Origin: Gemmatimonadales bacterium
GTDB taxonomy: Bacteria > Gemmatimonadota > Gemmatimonadetes > Gemmatimonadales > JACORV01
Assembly (NCBI GenBank): GCA_035502185.1
Contig: DATJUT010000101.1
Span: 24,300-88,299, forward strand
DNA length: 64,000 bases
Direction: 5' to 3'
The notes under the pieces are model-generated. The model saw nothing but the letters and a program-made list of their open reading frames with translations. It did not search any database and was not told where the DNA came from. Shown one piece after another: positions 1-9,493 of this stretch. The translations under genes were made by a program, and so were the position numbers. How positions within the stretch are numbered: the first letter of the stretch is position 1; each line of letters starts with the position of its first letter.

Positions 1-1655
1 TCGAGCGGCTGCTGCACGACGTGGTGGGCCCGCTGCTCCCCAACGACAACGTCCAGGTCGCGCTGCGCAACGTCATCATCGTCATTCTGGCGGCGATGGT
101 GGCCAAGAACCTGCTGGTGTACTTCTCCCGCGTCAGCATCGCCACGGTGCAGGAGAAGGTGGTGCGCGACATGCGCATCCGGCTGTACGCGCACCTGCAG
201 GGGATGGGCCTCGTCTACTACCAGCAGACCCGGGGCGGTCAGCTGCTGAGCCGGATGCTGGCGGACGCCGAGGCCGTCAAGCCGATCGTCGGCAACGAGG
301 CGCTCAACTTCGTGCAGTCGATCGCCACGCTCGCGGTGTACGTGGTGATGCTGATCGCGCTGTCGTGGCGGCTCACCATCCTGTCGCTGGTCCTGGCACC
401 GGTGCTCATCCTGGGGCTGCGGCCGCTGGTGCGGCGGCTGCACCGCGGGTACCTCCGCACCCTCGACGACCGCGGCGACCTGACGTCGCTGATGCAGGAA
501 ACGGTGTCGGGCGTGCGGCTGGTGAAGTCGTACGCGGCCGAGCCCTACGAGCGGCGCCGGTTCTACGACGCCGCCAACCGCTACGCGCGGGGCGTGATCC
601 GCATGCAGCGCCTGGCGACCCTCGGCGCGCCGATCAGCGAGACCTTCGGCGCCCTCGTCACGGTGGTGCTGCTGTGGGTGGGCGCGCGCATGGCCACGGG
701 CCCGACGGCGTCGATCAGCCCCGAGAGCTTCATCATGTTCCTGTTCGTGGCGCTGCGCCTGCTGGTGCCGCTCAAGTTCCTGTCGAACTGGCCGGCCCAG
801 TTCCAGAACGCCCTCGCGTCGGGCGAGCGGGTTCTCCAGGTGCTCGACGAGCCGGCGACCGAGGCGCAGGCGTCGGGGACCGTCGAGGTGCGCGCGTTCC
901 GCGAGGCCATCATCTTCCGTGACGTGTCGTTCAGCTACGACGGCCAGGCACGGGTGCTCCAGGATCTCTCGCTGGTGGCGCGCCAGGGCGACGTCGTGGC
1001 GATCGTGGGCGCGAGCGGGGCCGGGAAGAGCACCCTGGTGGACCTGCTGCCGCGCTTCTACGAGCCCACCGCGGGCGGCATCAGCCTGGACGGGCGCGAC
1101 CTGCGGGAGATCACGCTGCCCTCGCTCCGCAGCCTGATGGGGATCGTCAGCCAGGAGACGGTGCTGTTCAACGACACCGTGAAGGCGAACATCGCCTACG
1201 GGTCGCTCGACCGGTTCGACGCGGCCGCCATCGAGGGCGCCGCCCGGGCGGCGAACGCCCACGGGTTCATCGCCGCGCTGCCGCAGGGCTACGACACGAT
1301 GCTCGGGGAGCGGGGCACCCGGCTCTCGGGGGGAGAGCGCCAGCGCATCGCGATCGCCCGCGCCCTGCTGCGTGACCCGCCGATCCTGATCCTCGACGAA
1401 GCGACGAGCGCGCTGGACTCGGAGGCCGAGCACCTGGTCCAGGAGGCCATCGACCGCCTGCTGGAGGGCCGCACGGTGTTCGTGATCGCGCATCGCCTGT
1501 CCACGGTCCAGCACGCCACGCAGATCCTGGTGCTCGACCATGGCCGGGTCGTCGAGCGCGGCCGCCACGAGGAGCTGCTCGCCGTCGGCGGGGTCTACCG
1601 CCGGCTTCACAACCTGCAGTTCGGTGGTGAATCCCGTCCGGCCCTCGTGGACTGA
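1..1655 (+). CDS. ABC transporter, fused permease/ATPase, MsbA-like lipid exporter (5' end outside window)
   Basis: ORF 21..1655, with the reading frame open to the window edge. Hydrophobic TM-rich N-terminal half. Walker A GASGAGKST, ABC signature LSGGERQRIAIARAL, Walker B ILILDEATSALD, H-loop AHRLS. Sits next to lipid A genes. Confidence 0.85.
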   Translation, partial: ERLLHDVVGPLLPNDNVQVALRNVIIVILAAMVAKNLLVYFSRVSIATVQEKVVRDMRIRLYAHLQGMGLVYYQQTRGGQLLSRMLADAEAVKPIVGNEALNFVQSIATLAVYVVMLIALSWRLTILSLVLAPVLILGLRPLVRRLHRGYLRTLDDRGDLTSLMQETVSGVRLVKSYAAEPYERRRFYDAANRYARGVIRMQRLATLGAPISETFGALVTVVLLWVGARMATGPTASISPESFIMFLFVALRLLVPLKFLSNWPAQFQNALASGERVLQVLDEPATEAQASGTVEVRAFREAIIFRDVSFSYDGQARVLQDLSLVARQGDVVAIVGASGAGKSTLVDLLPRFYEPTAGGISLDGRDLREITLPSLRSLMGIVSQETVLFNDTVKANIAYGSLDRFDAAAIEGAARAANAHGFIAALPQGYDTMLGERGTRLSGGERQRIAIARALLRDPPILILDEATSALDSEAEHLVQEAIDRLLEGRTVFVIAHRLSTVQHATQILVLDHGRVVERGRHEELLAVGGVYRRLHNLQFGGESRPALVD

Positions 1656-2778
1656 TCGCGCCCCCGGCGTCGATCCCCGTCGGGGCGCCGCCGGGGCCGA
1701 GGCGCTCACCATCCTGCACCTGACCCATCAGGGCGACGGGGCCGGCTCGACCATCTCGATCGCGGCGCTGGCCGCCGCTCAGCGGGACGCGGGGCACCGG
1801 GTGATCGTGGGCTGCCGGCCCGAGAGCCTGCTGGCGGCGACCGCGCACGACACGGGGCTCGAGGTGGTGCCGCTGGCCTTCGAGCGTCCGGCGCGGTTGG
1901 CACTCGAGATCGCCGGCGTGGCGCGGCAGGCCGCTGCGGACGTGGTGAACTCCCACGCGGCGCGCGATCGCGCCGCCTGCCGCCTGGCGCGGCTCGCGGG
2001 CCGCCTGCCGGCCGCGTGCGTGATGACCCGGCGCCAGATGCCGCGGTCACTCCCGCTGTCCGTGATGCTCAACGGCTTCGTCGCCGACCGCACCATCGCG
2101 GTGAGCCGCGCCGTGGCGCGCGCACTGGTCCGGCGGGGCGCGCCGCCGTGGCGGGTGAGCGTGGTGCCCAACGGCGTGGACCTCGCGCGGATCGACCGTG
2201 ACGTGCCCGGCGGCGCGATCGAAACCGCGCGCGTGCTGGCGGGATGGCGTCCGTGGCGGCCCACCGTCGGCGTGGTGGCGCGGCGCAAGGACCACGCGGT
2301 GCTGCTGCGGGCGCTGCCCGCGCTCGAGCGGCCGATCACCCTGACGCTGGTGGGCGTGGCGCCGGACCCGGAGATCCTGGCCCTCGCCGCGGCCGCACCG
2401 CAGCACGAGGTGCGCTGCGTGCCGTTCCGTCCCGACGTCCTCGCCTTCTACCGGCTGTTCGACGTCGTGGTCCTTCCCTCGCGCCGCGAAGGCCTGTCGC
2501 AGGCGCTGCTGGAGGCGATGGCCCTGGGGTTGCCGGTGGTGGCGTCGCGGGCCGGCGGCAACGTCGACCTCGTCAGCCACGGGGAGGACGGGTGGCTGGT
2601 GCCGTCGCGCGACAGCCTGGCCTTCGCCGGCGCCCTGTCGCGCCTGCTCGGCGACGCCGGGCTGCGCGCGCGCCTTGGCGCCCGCGCCCGCCAGACAGCC
2701 CGGGGGCGGTACGCGCTGGCGCGGACCGCCGCCGCGACCGAGGCGGCCTACCGGGTCGCGCTGGCGCAGCGGCGATGA
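1624..2778 (+). CDS. Glycosyltransferase family 1 (GT4-type)
   Basis: ORF 1540..2778. N-terminal ILHLTHQGDGAGS and C-terminal REGLSQALLEAMALGLPVVASRAGGN (E-x7-E region). Start uncertain: GTG 1624/1627 or ATG 1540, all overlapping the upstream gene end. Confidence 0.8.
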   Translation: MVNPVRPSWTDRAPGVDPRRGAAGAEALTILHLTHQGDGAGSTISIAALAAAQRDAGHRVIVGCRPESLLAATAHDTGLEVVPLAFERPARLALEIAGVARQAAADVVNSHAARDRAACRLARLAGRLPAACVMTRRQMPRSLPLSVMLNGFVADRTIAVSRAVARALVRRGAPPWRVSVVPNGVDLARIDRDVPGGAIETARVLAGWRPWRPTVGVVARRKDHAVLLRALPALERPITLTLVGVAPDPEILALAAAAPQHEVRCVPFRPDVLAFYRLFDVVVLPSRREGLSQALLEAMALGLPVVASRAGGNVDLVSHGEDGWLVPSRDSLAFAGALSRLLGDAGLRARLGARARQTARGRYALARTAAATEAAYRVALAQRR

Positions 2779-3677
2779 GGCGGCGCAGCGACTTTCCGGC
2801 CTACCTGCTGATGCGCGCGGCGCTCGGGCTCGTCGGTCCGCTGCCGCGGGCCGCCGCGCTCGCGACCGGTGCCGCGCTCGGCCGGCTGGCCCGCACCCCG
2901 CTGGGTCTGAGGCGGGAGGTCGCCGACCGCAACATCGCCGCGGCCTTCCCGGCGCTGTCGGCGGCCGAGCGGGAGACCATGGCGCGCCGGATGTACGCGC
3001 ACTTCGGGCGGGTGGCCATGGACTCGCTGCGGCTCACGGCCGGCGGCGCGCGCGCCGTCGTGCCCCTGATGCAGAGCTTCGAGGGCGAGGACGTGCTGCG
3101 GTCGGCGATCGCCCGCGGTCGCGGGCTCATCATGCTCACCGGCCATCTCGGCAACTGGGAGGCGGGCGCCGCCTGCGTCGCGGCCAAGGGGTTGCCGTTC
3201 GCCGCGGTGGTCAAGCCGCCGTCGAATCCCTGGGTGGCCGCGTACGTCGAGCGGTCGCGGCGCCGCGCCGGGGTCGAGCCGATCCCGATGCCCGAGGCGC
3301 GATCCGCGGTCCTGGGGGCGCTCGCGGCGGGGAAGGTGGTCGGCCTGGTCGCCGACCAGGGCGCGATGCGCAGCCCGGTCTGGGTCCCGTTCTTCGGCAA
3401 GCCCACGCAGACGCCGGTGGGCCCCGGCCTGTTCGCGGCCAGGAGCGGCGCGCCGGTGATGTTCGGAAGCACGACGGCGGTGCCGGGCGGCGGCTACCGC
3501 ACCGTGGTCGAGATGCTCGACGAGCGTCCGGGGGGAGACGTGGAGGAGATGGTGGTCCGGATCGCGACGATGTTCCGCCGGCGACTCGAGGCGGCCGTCA
3601 GGCTCGCGCCCGAGCAGTACCTGTGGACCCACCGCCTGTGGGACCGCCAGCCGCCTCCCGCATCGGGTGGGCCGTGA
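2775..3677 (+). CDS. Lipid A biosynthesis acyltransferase family (LpxL/HtrB-like)
   Basis: ATG 2775 overlaps the GT stop (ATGA). HLGNWE acyltransferase motif. About 300 aa. The upstream 177 codons of ORF 2244..3677 are an R/G/P-rich shadow of the GT gene. Confidence 0.8.
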   Translation: MRRRSDFPAYLLMRAALGLVGPLPRAAALATGAALGRLARTPLGLRREVADRNIAAAFPALSAAERETMARRMYAHFGRVAMDSLRLTAGGARAVVPLMQSFEGEDVLRSAIARGRGLIMLTGHLGNWEAGAACVAAKGLPFAAVVKPPSNPWVAAYVERSRRRAGVEPIPMPEARSAVLGALAAGKVVGLVADQGAMRSPVWVPFFGKPTQTPVGPGLFAARSGAPVMFGSTTAVPGGGYRTVVEMLDERPGGDVEEMVVRIATMFRRRLEAAVRLAPEQYLWTHRLWDRQPPPASGGP

Positions 3678-4710
3678 TGGCGTAGGTCGGGCAGTGGCAG
3701 ACGACGCCGCCGCTGATGGGCGACCACTCCTGCGGGGCCGACGGGCCGACGGCCTTCCCGCTCGCGTCCATGCGGAAGGTCCCCGGAGGTCCGAGCGCCA
3801 CGCACGCCCCGCACCCGATGCAGCGCTCGCGATCGACCGCGACCTCCACCAGCCGCCTGGGGAAGATGCCGCCCGTGGCGCGGCGCACCGCCTCGGCCTG
3901 GTCGAGGGCGGCGGCGGTGGCGCGATGCCCCTCGTCGATCAGCTCGCGGTTGTGGGCGAACGAGAACATCGGGACGTGCTCGACCCGCGGCTGCACGAGC
4001 AGCATCGGGGGGCTGGTCCAGTGGGCCAGCCGCAGCTCCAGCATGTGGTGGAAGACGATCTCGGAGCCGCGGGCCACCACCGAGGCGAAGCCGGACTCCT
4101 GCACCTCGGCGCGCAGCACGCCCGAGGAGCCCACGTCCACCGCGACGATGCCCTCCACGTCCTGCGCGGCCGCGACCGCGACCGGCAGGTTGTCCACCAG
4201 CGCGCCGTCCACCAGGAAACGGTCGTGGATCTCGCGGGGCGGGAAGAAGCCGGGCAGTGCGCACGAGGCGAACACCGCGTCCGCCACGGAGACGTCGCGG
4301 AGGCCGGGCAGCCCCCAGTACAGCGCCGTGCCGCTGTTCACGTCCACCGAGGCGACGATCAGGCGCCGGGGCAGCTCGTCGAACGTCGCGTCGCCGAGGA
4401 TGCCGCGCACCAGGTCCTCGAGCGGCTCGCCCTTGTAGATGCCGGGCGCCCGGAGGCGCCGCGCCGCCATCTCGCTGCGCGCGATGGCGAACACGTCGCG
4501 GCGCTGCATGCTGAGGGCGACCGCCTCGAGCTCGGCGACGGTGAAGTCGGAGGCCCACGCCGCGCCGACCAGCGCCCCGATGCTGTTGCCGACCACCACG
4601 TCGGGCGTCCACTCCCGCTCGGCGAGCGCCCGGAGCACGCCGACGTGGGCGAGTCCCTTGGTCCCGCCGCCGCCCAGGACGAGCGCGAAGCGCCAGCCGG
4701 CCGCCGTCAT
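3598..4710 (-). CDS. Patatin-like phospholipase with C-terminal 4Fe-4S ferredoxin-like domain
   Basis: Start MTAAGWRFALVLGGGGTKG (oxyanion Gly-rich loop). GNSIG nucleophile elbow and DGA(L) Asp motif. C-terminus has CIGCGAC...CHCP. Alternative start at 4761. Confidence 0.8.
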   Translation of the reverse strand: MTAAGWRFALVLGGGGTKGLAHVGVLRALAEREWTPDVVVGNSIGALVGAAWASDFTVAELEAVALSMQRRDVFAIARSEMAARRLRAPGIYKGEPLEDLVRGILGDATFDELPRRLIVASVDVNSGTALYWGLPGLRDVSVADAVFASCALPGFFPPREIHDRFLVDGALVDNLPVAVAAAQDVEGIVAVDVGSSGVLRAEVQESGFASVVARGSEIVFHHMLELRLAHWTSPPMLLVQPRVEHVPMFSFAHNRELIDEGHRATAAALDQAEAVRRATGGIFPRRLVEVAVDRERCIGCGACVALGPPGTFRMDASGKAVGPSAPQEWSPISGGVVCHCPTYAITAHPMREAAGGPTGGGSTGTARARA

Positions 4711-4779
4711 CGCCGCTTGCCGCGTCCGCTCATGAGGGGTTAACGTAGCCGCCGCACCCATGCCAGCGCCACTTTCGCG

Positions 4780-5964
4780 ATGACCGACATCGCGCCCGCG
4801 CCTCGGCTCGGCGAGCTCGTGCGCGAGCTCCGGAACCGCGAGTTCCCGTGGACCGCCGAGACCATCTACCTGGCGGCCGCCTCGGTCGGTCCGCTGCCCG
4901 AGCGCGCGCGGCTCGCGATCGAGGCGTTCAACGCCAAGCGCACCGCGCCCCACCTGCTGCCGGACCGCGAGCTGAACGCGGTGGCCGCCGCGGCCCGCAG
5001 CGCGGCCGCGCAGCTGGTGCACGCCGAGCCCGAGGAGATCGCGCTCGTCCCGAACACGTCCACGGGCCTCCAGGCCGCGGCCGGCGCGCTTCCGCTCGGC
5101 GCCGGCGACGTCGTGCTGGTGAGCGATCGCGAGTTCCCGGCGAACGTGTATCCCTGGCTGGCCCGGCGCCGGAACGGCGTGATCGTGGAGCGGGTGCCCG
5201 TGACGCCGGAGGGATTCCCCGACGAGGACCGGCTGGTCGAGCGCGTGGCGGACCCGCGCGTCAAGGTGCTCGCGGTCTCCGCCGTGCAGTTCTCCAACGG
5301 GTACCGGGCCGACCTGGCCCGCCTGGGCGCCGCCTGCCGGGCGGGCGGAGCCTGGCTGGTGGTGGATGCCATCCAGGCGCTCGGCGCCGTGCCGGTGGAC
5401 GTGCGCGCGGTACCGGTGGACCTGATGGCCTGCGGTGGGCAGAAGTGGCTGCTGGGGCCCTGGGGCTCGGGGTTCTGCTACGTGCGCCGCGACCTGGTGG
5501 GCCGGTTGGTGCCGCCGATGTCCGGATGGATGTCCTATCGGGGCATGGAGGACTATTCCAACCTGCTGAGCTACGACGAGCGCCTGGTGGACGACGCGCG
5601 GCGGTTCGAGGCGGCGGGACCCGCGACCCAGGACCAGCTGGGCCTGACGGCCTCCATCGGGCTGCTGCTCGAGCTGGGCGTGGAGGCGATCGCGGTCTAT
5701 CTCCGCTGGCTGGGGGAGCCGGTGCTGGCATGGGCGGCCAGCCGCGGCGTCCGGATCAGCTCGCCGACCGACCCGCGCCACCGCTCCCAGATCGTGTGCC
5801 TGGCGCCTCCCGACGCCCGGGAGGCGCACCGCCGCCTGCGGCAGGCCGGGGTCGTCTCGTCGCTGCGCGAGGGCGCGATCCGGCTGGCCCCGCACTGCTA
5901 CAACACGATCGAGGAGATGGAGAAGGTGGTGGAGGTGCTGGAGGGGATGATGCGGGAGCGATGA
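4780..5964 (+). CDS. Class V aminotransferase / cysteine desulfurase-like PLP enzyme
   Basis: 394-aa ORF with fold-type I class V features. Putative PLP-Lys in GGQKWLLGPWGSG, and a typical C-terminal LRLAPHCYNT segment. Confidence 0.75.
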   Translation: MTDIAPAPRLGELVRELRNREFPWTAETIYLAAASVGPLPERARLAIEAFNAKRTAPHLLPDRELNAVAAAARSAAAQLVHAEPEEIALVPNTSTGLQAAAGALPLGAGDVVLVSDREFPANVYPWLARRRNGVIVERVPVTPEGFPDEDRLVERVADPRVKVLAVSAVQFSNGYRADLARLGAACRAGGAWLVVDAIQALGAVPVDVRAVPVDLMACGGQKWLLGPWGSGFCYVRRDLVGRLVPPMSGWMSYRGMEDYSNLLSYDERLVDDARRFEAAGPATQDQLGLTASIGLLLELGVEAIAVYLRWLGEPVLAWAASRGVRISSPTDPRHRSQIVCLAPPDAREAHRRLRQAGVVSSLREGAIRLAPHCYNTIEEMEKVVEVLEGMMRER

Positions 5965-5967
5965 AGC

Positions 5968-6015
5968 GTGAGAGGTGAGGGGTGAGACGTGAGAGGTTCA
6001 GGTGAGCGGTGAGAT
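5968..6015. repeat. About seven tandem heptamers GTGAGNN between convergent genes
   Basis: GTGAGAG GTGAGGG GTGAGAC GTGAGAG GTTCAG GTGAGCG GTGAGAT read directly. The last units pair with TCTCACCGTCACC inside the tyrS 3' end. Confidence 0.8.
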
Positions 6016-7232
6016 CACTTCTCACCGTCACCGATCACCACGTCCGCGAACTTCAGCTTGCCGTACTTGACCACGTACGACCCCGCCTCCAGCACCCGGT
6101 TCGCGTCCTCGACCTTCGCGCCGTCGAGCTGTACGCCGCCCTGGGCCGCCATCCGGCGGGCCTCGCCGAGGGAAGCCGCGAAGCCGATGTCCTTGAGCAC
6201 CTGGGCCAGCGATGCCGGACCGTGTGCGAAGTGCGGCCGCTCGGCCGGCGCCTGCTTGGCCTTGAACAGCCGGTCGAAGTGCGCCGCCGCCTGCACGGCC
6301 GCTGCGGCGCCGTGGAACTGCGTCACGACGTCGGCCGCGAGCCACCGCTTGGCGGCATACGGCTCCGCGCGGCAGCGCGCCAGCGCCGCGGCCAGATCGC
6401 CCGTCGAGCCCGCGGTGGAGACCAGGGTCGTCCACTCCTCGAGCAGCGTGTCCGGAATGGACATCGTCTTGCCGTACTGGCTCTCCGGCGGCTCGGTGAT
6501 GCCGACGTAGTTGTCGTACGACTGGGACATCTTCCGCTCGCCGTCGGTGCCGCGCAGCAGCGGCATCACCAGGCACACCTGCGGCTCCAGGCCCAGGCGC
6601 TCCATTAGCGTGCGGCCGACCAGCAGGTTGAACTTCTGGTCGGTGCCGCCGAGCTCGACGTCGGCCTTGAGGGCCACGGAGTCGTAGCCCTGCAGCAGCG
6701 GATAGAGGAACTCCGCGAGCGTGATCGGAGCCTCGGCCGCGTAGCGCTTGGCGAAGTCGTCGCGCTCGAGCAGCCGCGCGACGGTGTAGTGGCCGGCCAT
6801 CCGGGTCAGCGCGTCCCGGAGCGACATCGCGCCGTGCCATTCGCTGTTGCGACGCAGCGTCGTGCCGCGCGCATCGAGCATCTTGAGCGCCTGCTCGCGG
6901 TAGGTGGCGGCGTTCGCCTCGACCTCCGCCGCCGTGAGCGGCGGGCGGGTCTCGCTCCGACCGCTGGGGTCGCCGACCATCGCGGTGAAGTCACCCACCA
7001 GGAAGGTGACGCTGTGGCCGAGCTCCTGGAACGTGCGCAGCTTCCGGAGCGAGACCACGTAACCGAGATGCAGGTGGGGCCGGGTCGGGTCGAAGCCCTG
7101 CTTGACGTTCAGCGGGACGCCGGTCTTCGCGGAGCGCTCCAGCTTGCGCGCGAGGTCGTCCTCGGGGATGATCTCCACCGCGCCGCGGCGGATCGCGTCC
7201 ATCTGCTCGTTCACGGGCGGAAAGACGGGCAT
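6015..7232 (-). CDS. tyrS: Tyrosine--tRNA ligase
   Basis: HLGY (HIGH-type) and KMSQS (KMSKS) class I motifs, a C-terminal S4-like domain, 405 aa. Confidence 0.95.
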   Translation of the reverse strand: MPVFPPVNEQMDAIRRGAVEIIPEDDLARKLERSAKTGVPLNVKQGFDPTRPHLHLGYVVSLRKLRTFQELGHSVTFLVGDFTAMVGDPSGRSETRPPLTAAEVEANAATYREQALKMLDARGTTLRRNSEWHGAMSLRDALTRMAGHYTVARLLERDDFAKRYAAEAPITLAEFLYPLLQGYDSVALKADVELGGTDQKFNLLVGRTLMERLGLEPQVCLVMPLLRGTDGERKMSQSYDNYVGITEPPESQYGKTMSIPDTLLEEWTTLVSTAGSTGDLAAALARCRAEPYAAKRWLAADVVTQFHGAAAAVQAAAHFDRLFKAKQAPAERPHFAHGPASLAQVLKDIGFAASLGEARRMAAQGGVQLDGAKVEDANRVLEAGSYVVKYGKLKFADVVIGDGEK

Positions 7233-7299
7233 GCGCTATCGTAGCCGCGGCACCCGCCCGCTGGCAAGCGCACCGCCGTCCCGGTAACTTCCGCAGCCC

Positions 7300-9483
7300 A
7301 TGCTGGATACACGTTTCGGCAACCACCTCCGGCGGTGGTTCGCACCGGACCGGGCGCGCCGGACGGTCACCTACCTGCTGCTCGTCGTCGGCTTCCTGCT
7401 CGGGCTCGCCTACGGAAGTTGGACCCGCGTGTGCGCGGGCCGGGCGTGCCCCTCGATCGCCATCCTGGACGTGTACCGCCCGCAGATGGCGTCGAAGGTC
7501 TACGCGATGGACGACCGGCTGATCACCGAGCTCGGCTACGAGCGGCGGACCGTGATCCCCCTGCAGGAGATGCCCCCGTACCTGCGCGAGGCGTTCATCG
7601 CGGTCGAGGACAAGCACTTCTACCAGCACCACGGCATCGACTACTCGCGGATCCTCGGCGCGCTGAAGGCCGACATCCTGTCGCGCTCGTTCTCGCAGGG
7701 CTTCTCGACGATCACGATGCAGCTGGCGCGCAACGTCTTCCAGGACCGTCTCACGCGCGAGAAGACGCTGGTGCGCAAGCTCCGGGAGGTGCGCGTCGCG
7801 CTGGAGCTGGAGCGGACGTACTCCAAGGACCGCATCCTCGAGCTGTACCTGAACCAGATCAACCTGTACGGCGCCTACGGCGTGGAGTCGGCGGCCCAGC
7901 GCTATTTCGGCAAGTCGGCCCGCGACCTGAACGTGTCCGAGGCGGCGATCCTCGCCGCGCTGCCCAAGGGACCGGGGTTCTACAACCCGCGCCGCCACCC
8001 CGCACGCGCGATCCAGCGCCGCAACCTGGTGCTCGACCTGATGCGGGAGCAGGGCTACCTCACCCCCGCGCAGGCGGAGGAGGCCAAGGCCTACCCCCTC
8101 GCCCTGTCCGCGCGCGCGGACTACGGCGACGTCGCGCCCTACTTCGTCGAGTGGATCCGCGAGCAGCTCGACGCGCAGTTCGGGCGCGACCTGTACGAGA
8201 AGGGCTACCGCATCTACACCACCCTCGACCTCGACATGCAGCAGGCCGCCGAGCGGACGCTCGAGGGACAGCTCGAGGCGATCGAGGGGGGCGCCTACGG
8301 CCGGTTCCCCCACAAGACCTACGCGCAGTACCTCGAGAGCGACGCCGCCACCGCCGGCGCTGAGGAGCAGACCTCGACGCCCTACCTGCAGGGCGCGATG
8401 GTCGCGATGGACACGTCGGGCGCGGTGCGGGCGATGGTGGGCGGTCGCGACTTCGACGACTCGAAGTTCAACCGCGCCACCCAGGCGGAGCGGCAGCCCG
8501 GCTCGACCTTCAAGCTGTTCGTGTACTCGGCGGCGATCCGCTCGGGCCACTCGCCGGAGGAGCTGCTCCCCGACTCCGCCATCTCGCTGCCGATGTCGGA
8601 CGGCACCATCTGGGAGCCGCACAATTTCGAGGAAGAGGACTTCAAGGGCCTCATCACGCTGCGGCGCGCCCTGGCGCTGTCCATCAACCTGGTCGCGATC
8701 CGCCTGGGCATGGAGCTCGGGGTGGACGCGGTGGTGGACGAGGCGCGCCGCTACGGCATCACCACGCAGGTCCCGGCGGTGCCGTCGATGTTCATCGGCT
8801 CGGCCAGCGTGATCCCGCTCGAGATGGTGTCGGCCTACACGGCGCCGGCCACCCTCGGCGTGCGGGCCGCGCCGTTCGCGGTGACCCGGGTCGAGGACGC
8901 GGACGGTAAGGTGCTGTGGCAGCAGCAGCCGCGCCGCGAGCGGGTGATGTCCACCGACGAGGCGTACGTCCTCAACGACATGCTGCGCGACGTGCTCCGC
9001 TACGGCACCGGGGCCGGCGCGGTGAGGCGGTCGGGAATCGACCTCCCGGTCGCCGGCAAGAGCGGCACGACCAACGACTACACCGACGTGTGGTTCATCG
9101 GCTACACCCACGAGCTGGTGGCCGGCTTCTGGATGGGGTTCGACAACCCGCAGACCATCAAGAGCAACGCGCAGGGCGGCCTGCTGGTCGCGCCCGCGTG
9201 GGCGAACTTCATGAAGGAGGTCTACGAGCGCCGGCCTCCCGCGGCGGACTGGGTGCGGCCCACGGGCATGGTGCAGCGCGAGATCGACGTGACCACCGGG
9301 AAGCTGGCGACGCCCTATTGCCCGCCGGCCGTGCGCCGCTGGGAGGTGTTCGCGCCCGACGCCGTGCCCACCGAGTTCTGCCCGCTCCACACCGGCCCCG
9401 GAGCCGCCCCGGCGGCGGCGGCGCCGCCGCCCGCCGATGGCGGCGTCAAGCCCCCGAAGCGTCCGGCGCACACCGGCGGCTGA
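7300..9483 (+). CDS. mrcA: Penicillin-binding protein 1A (bifunctional transglycosylase/transpeptidase)
   Basis: N-terminal TM helix. GT51 motif EDKHFYQHHGID. Transpeptidase motifs STFK and KSGTT. Confidence 0.93.
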   Translation: MLDTRFGNHLRRWFAPDRARRTVTYLLLVVGFLLGLAYGSWTRVCAGRACPSIAILDVYRPQMASKVYAMDDRLITELGYERRTVIPLQEMPPYLREAFIAVEDKHFYQHHGIDYSRILGALKADILSRSFSQGFSTITMQLARNVFQDRLTREKTLVRKLREVRVALELERTYSKDRILELYLNQINLYGAYGVESAAQRYFGKSARDLNVSEAAILAALPKGPGFYNPRRHPARAIQRRNLVLDLMREQGYLTPAQAEEAKAYPLALSARADYGDVAPYFVEWIREQLDAQFGRDLYEKGYRIYTTLDLDMQQAAERTLEGQLEAIEGGAYGRFPHKTYAQYLESDAATAGAEEQTSTPYLQGAMVAMDTSGAVRAMVGGRDFDDSKFNRATQAERQPGSTFKLFVYSAAIRSGHSPEELLPDSAISLPMSDGTIWEPHNFEEEDFKGLITLRRALALSINLVAIRLGMELGVDAVVDEARRYGITTQVPAVPSMFIGSASVIPLEMVSAYTAPATLGVRAAPFAVTRVEDADGKVLWQQQPRRERVMSTDEAYVLNDMLRDVLRYGTGAGAVRRSGIDLPVAGKSGTTNDYTDVWFIGYTHELVAGFWMGFDNPQTIKSNAQGGLLVAPAWANFMKEVYERRPPAADWVRPTGMVQREIDVTTGKLATPYCPPAVRRWEVFAPDAVPTEFCPLHTGPGAAPAAAAPPPADGGVKPPKRPAHTGG

Positions 9484-9493
9484 GGTGCCGCCG

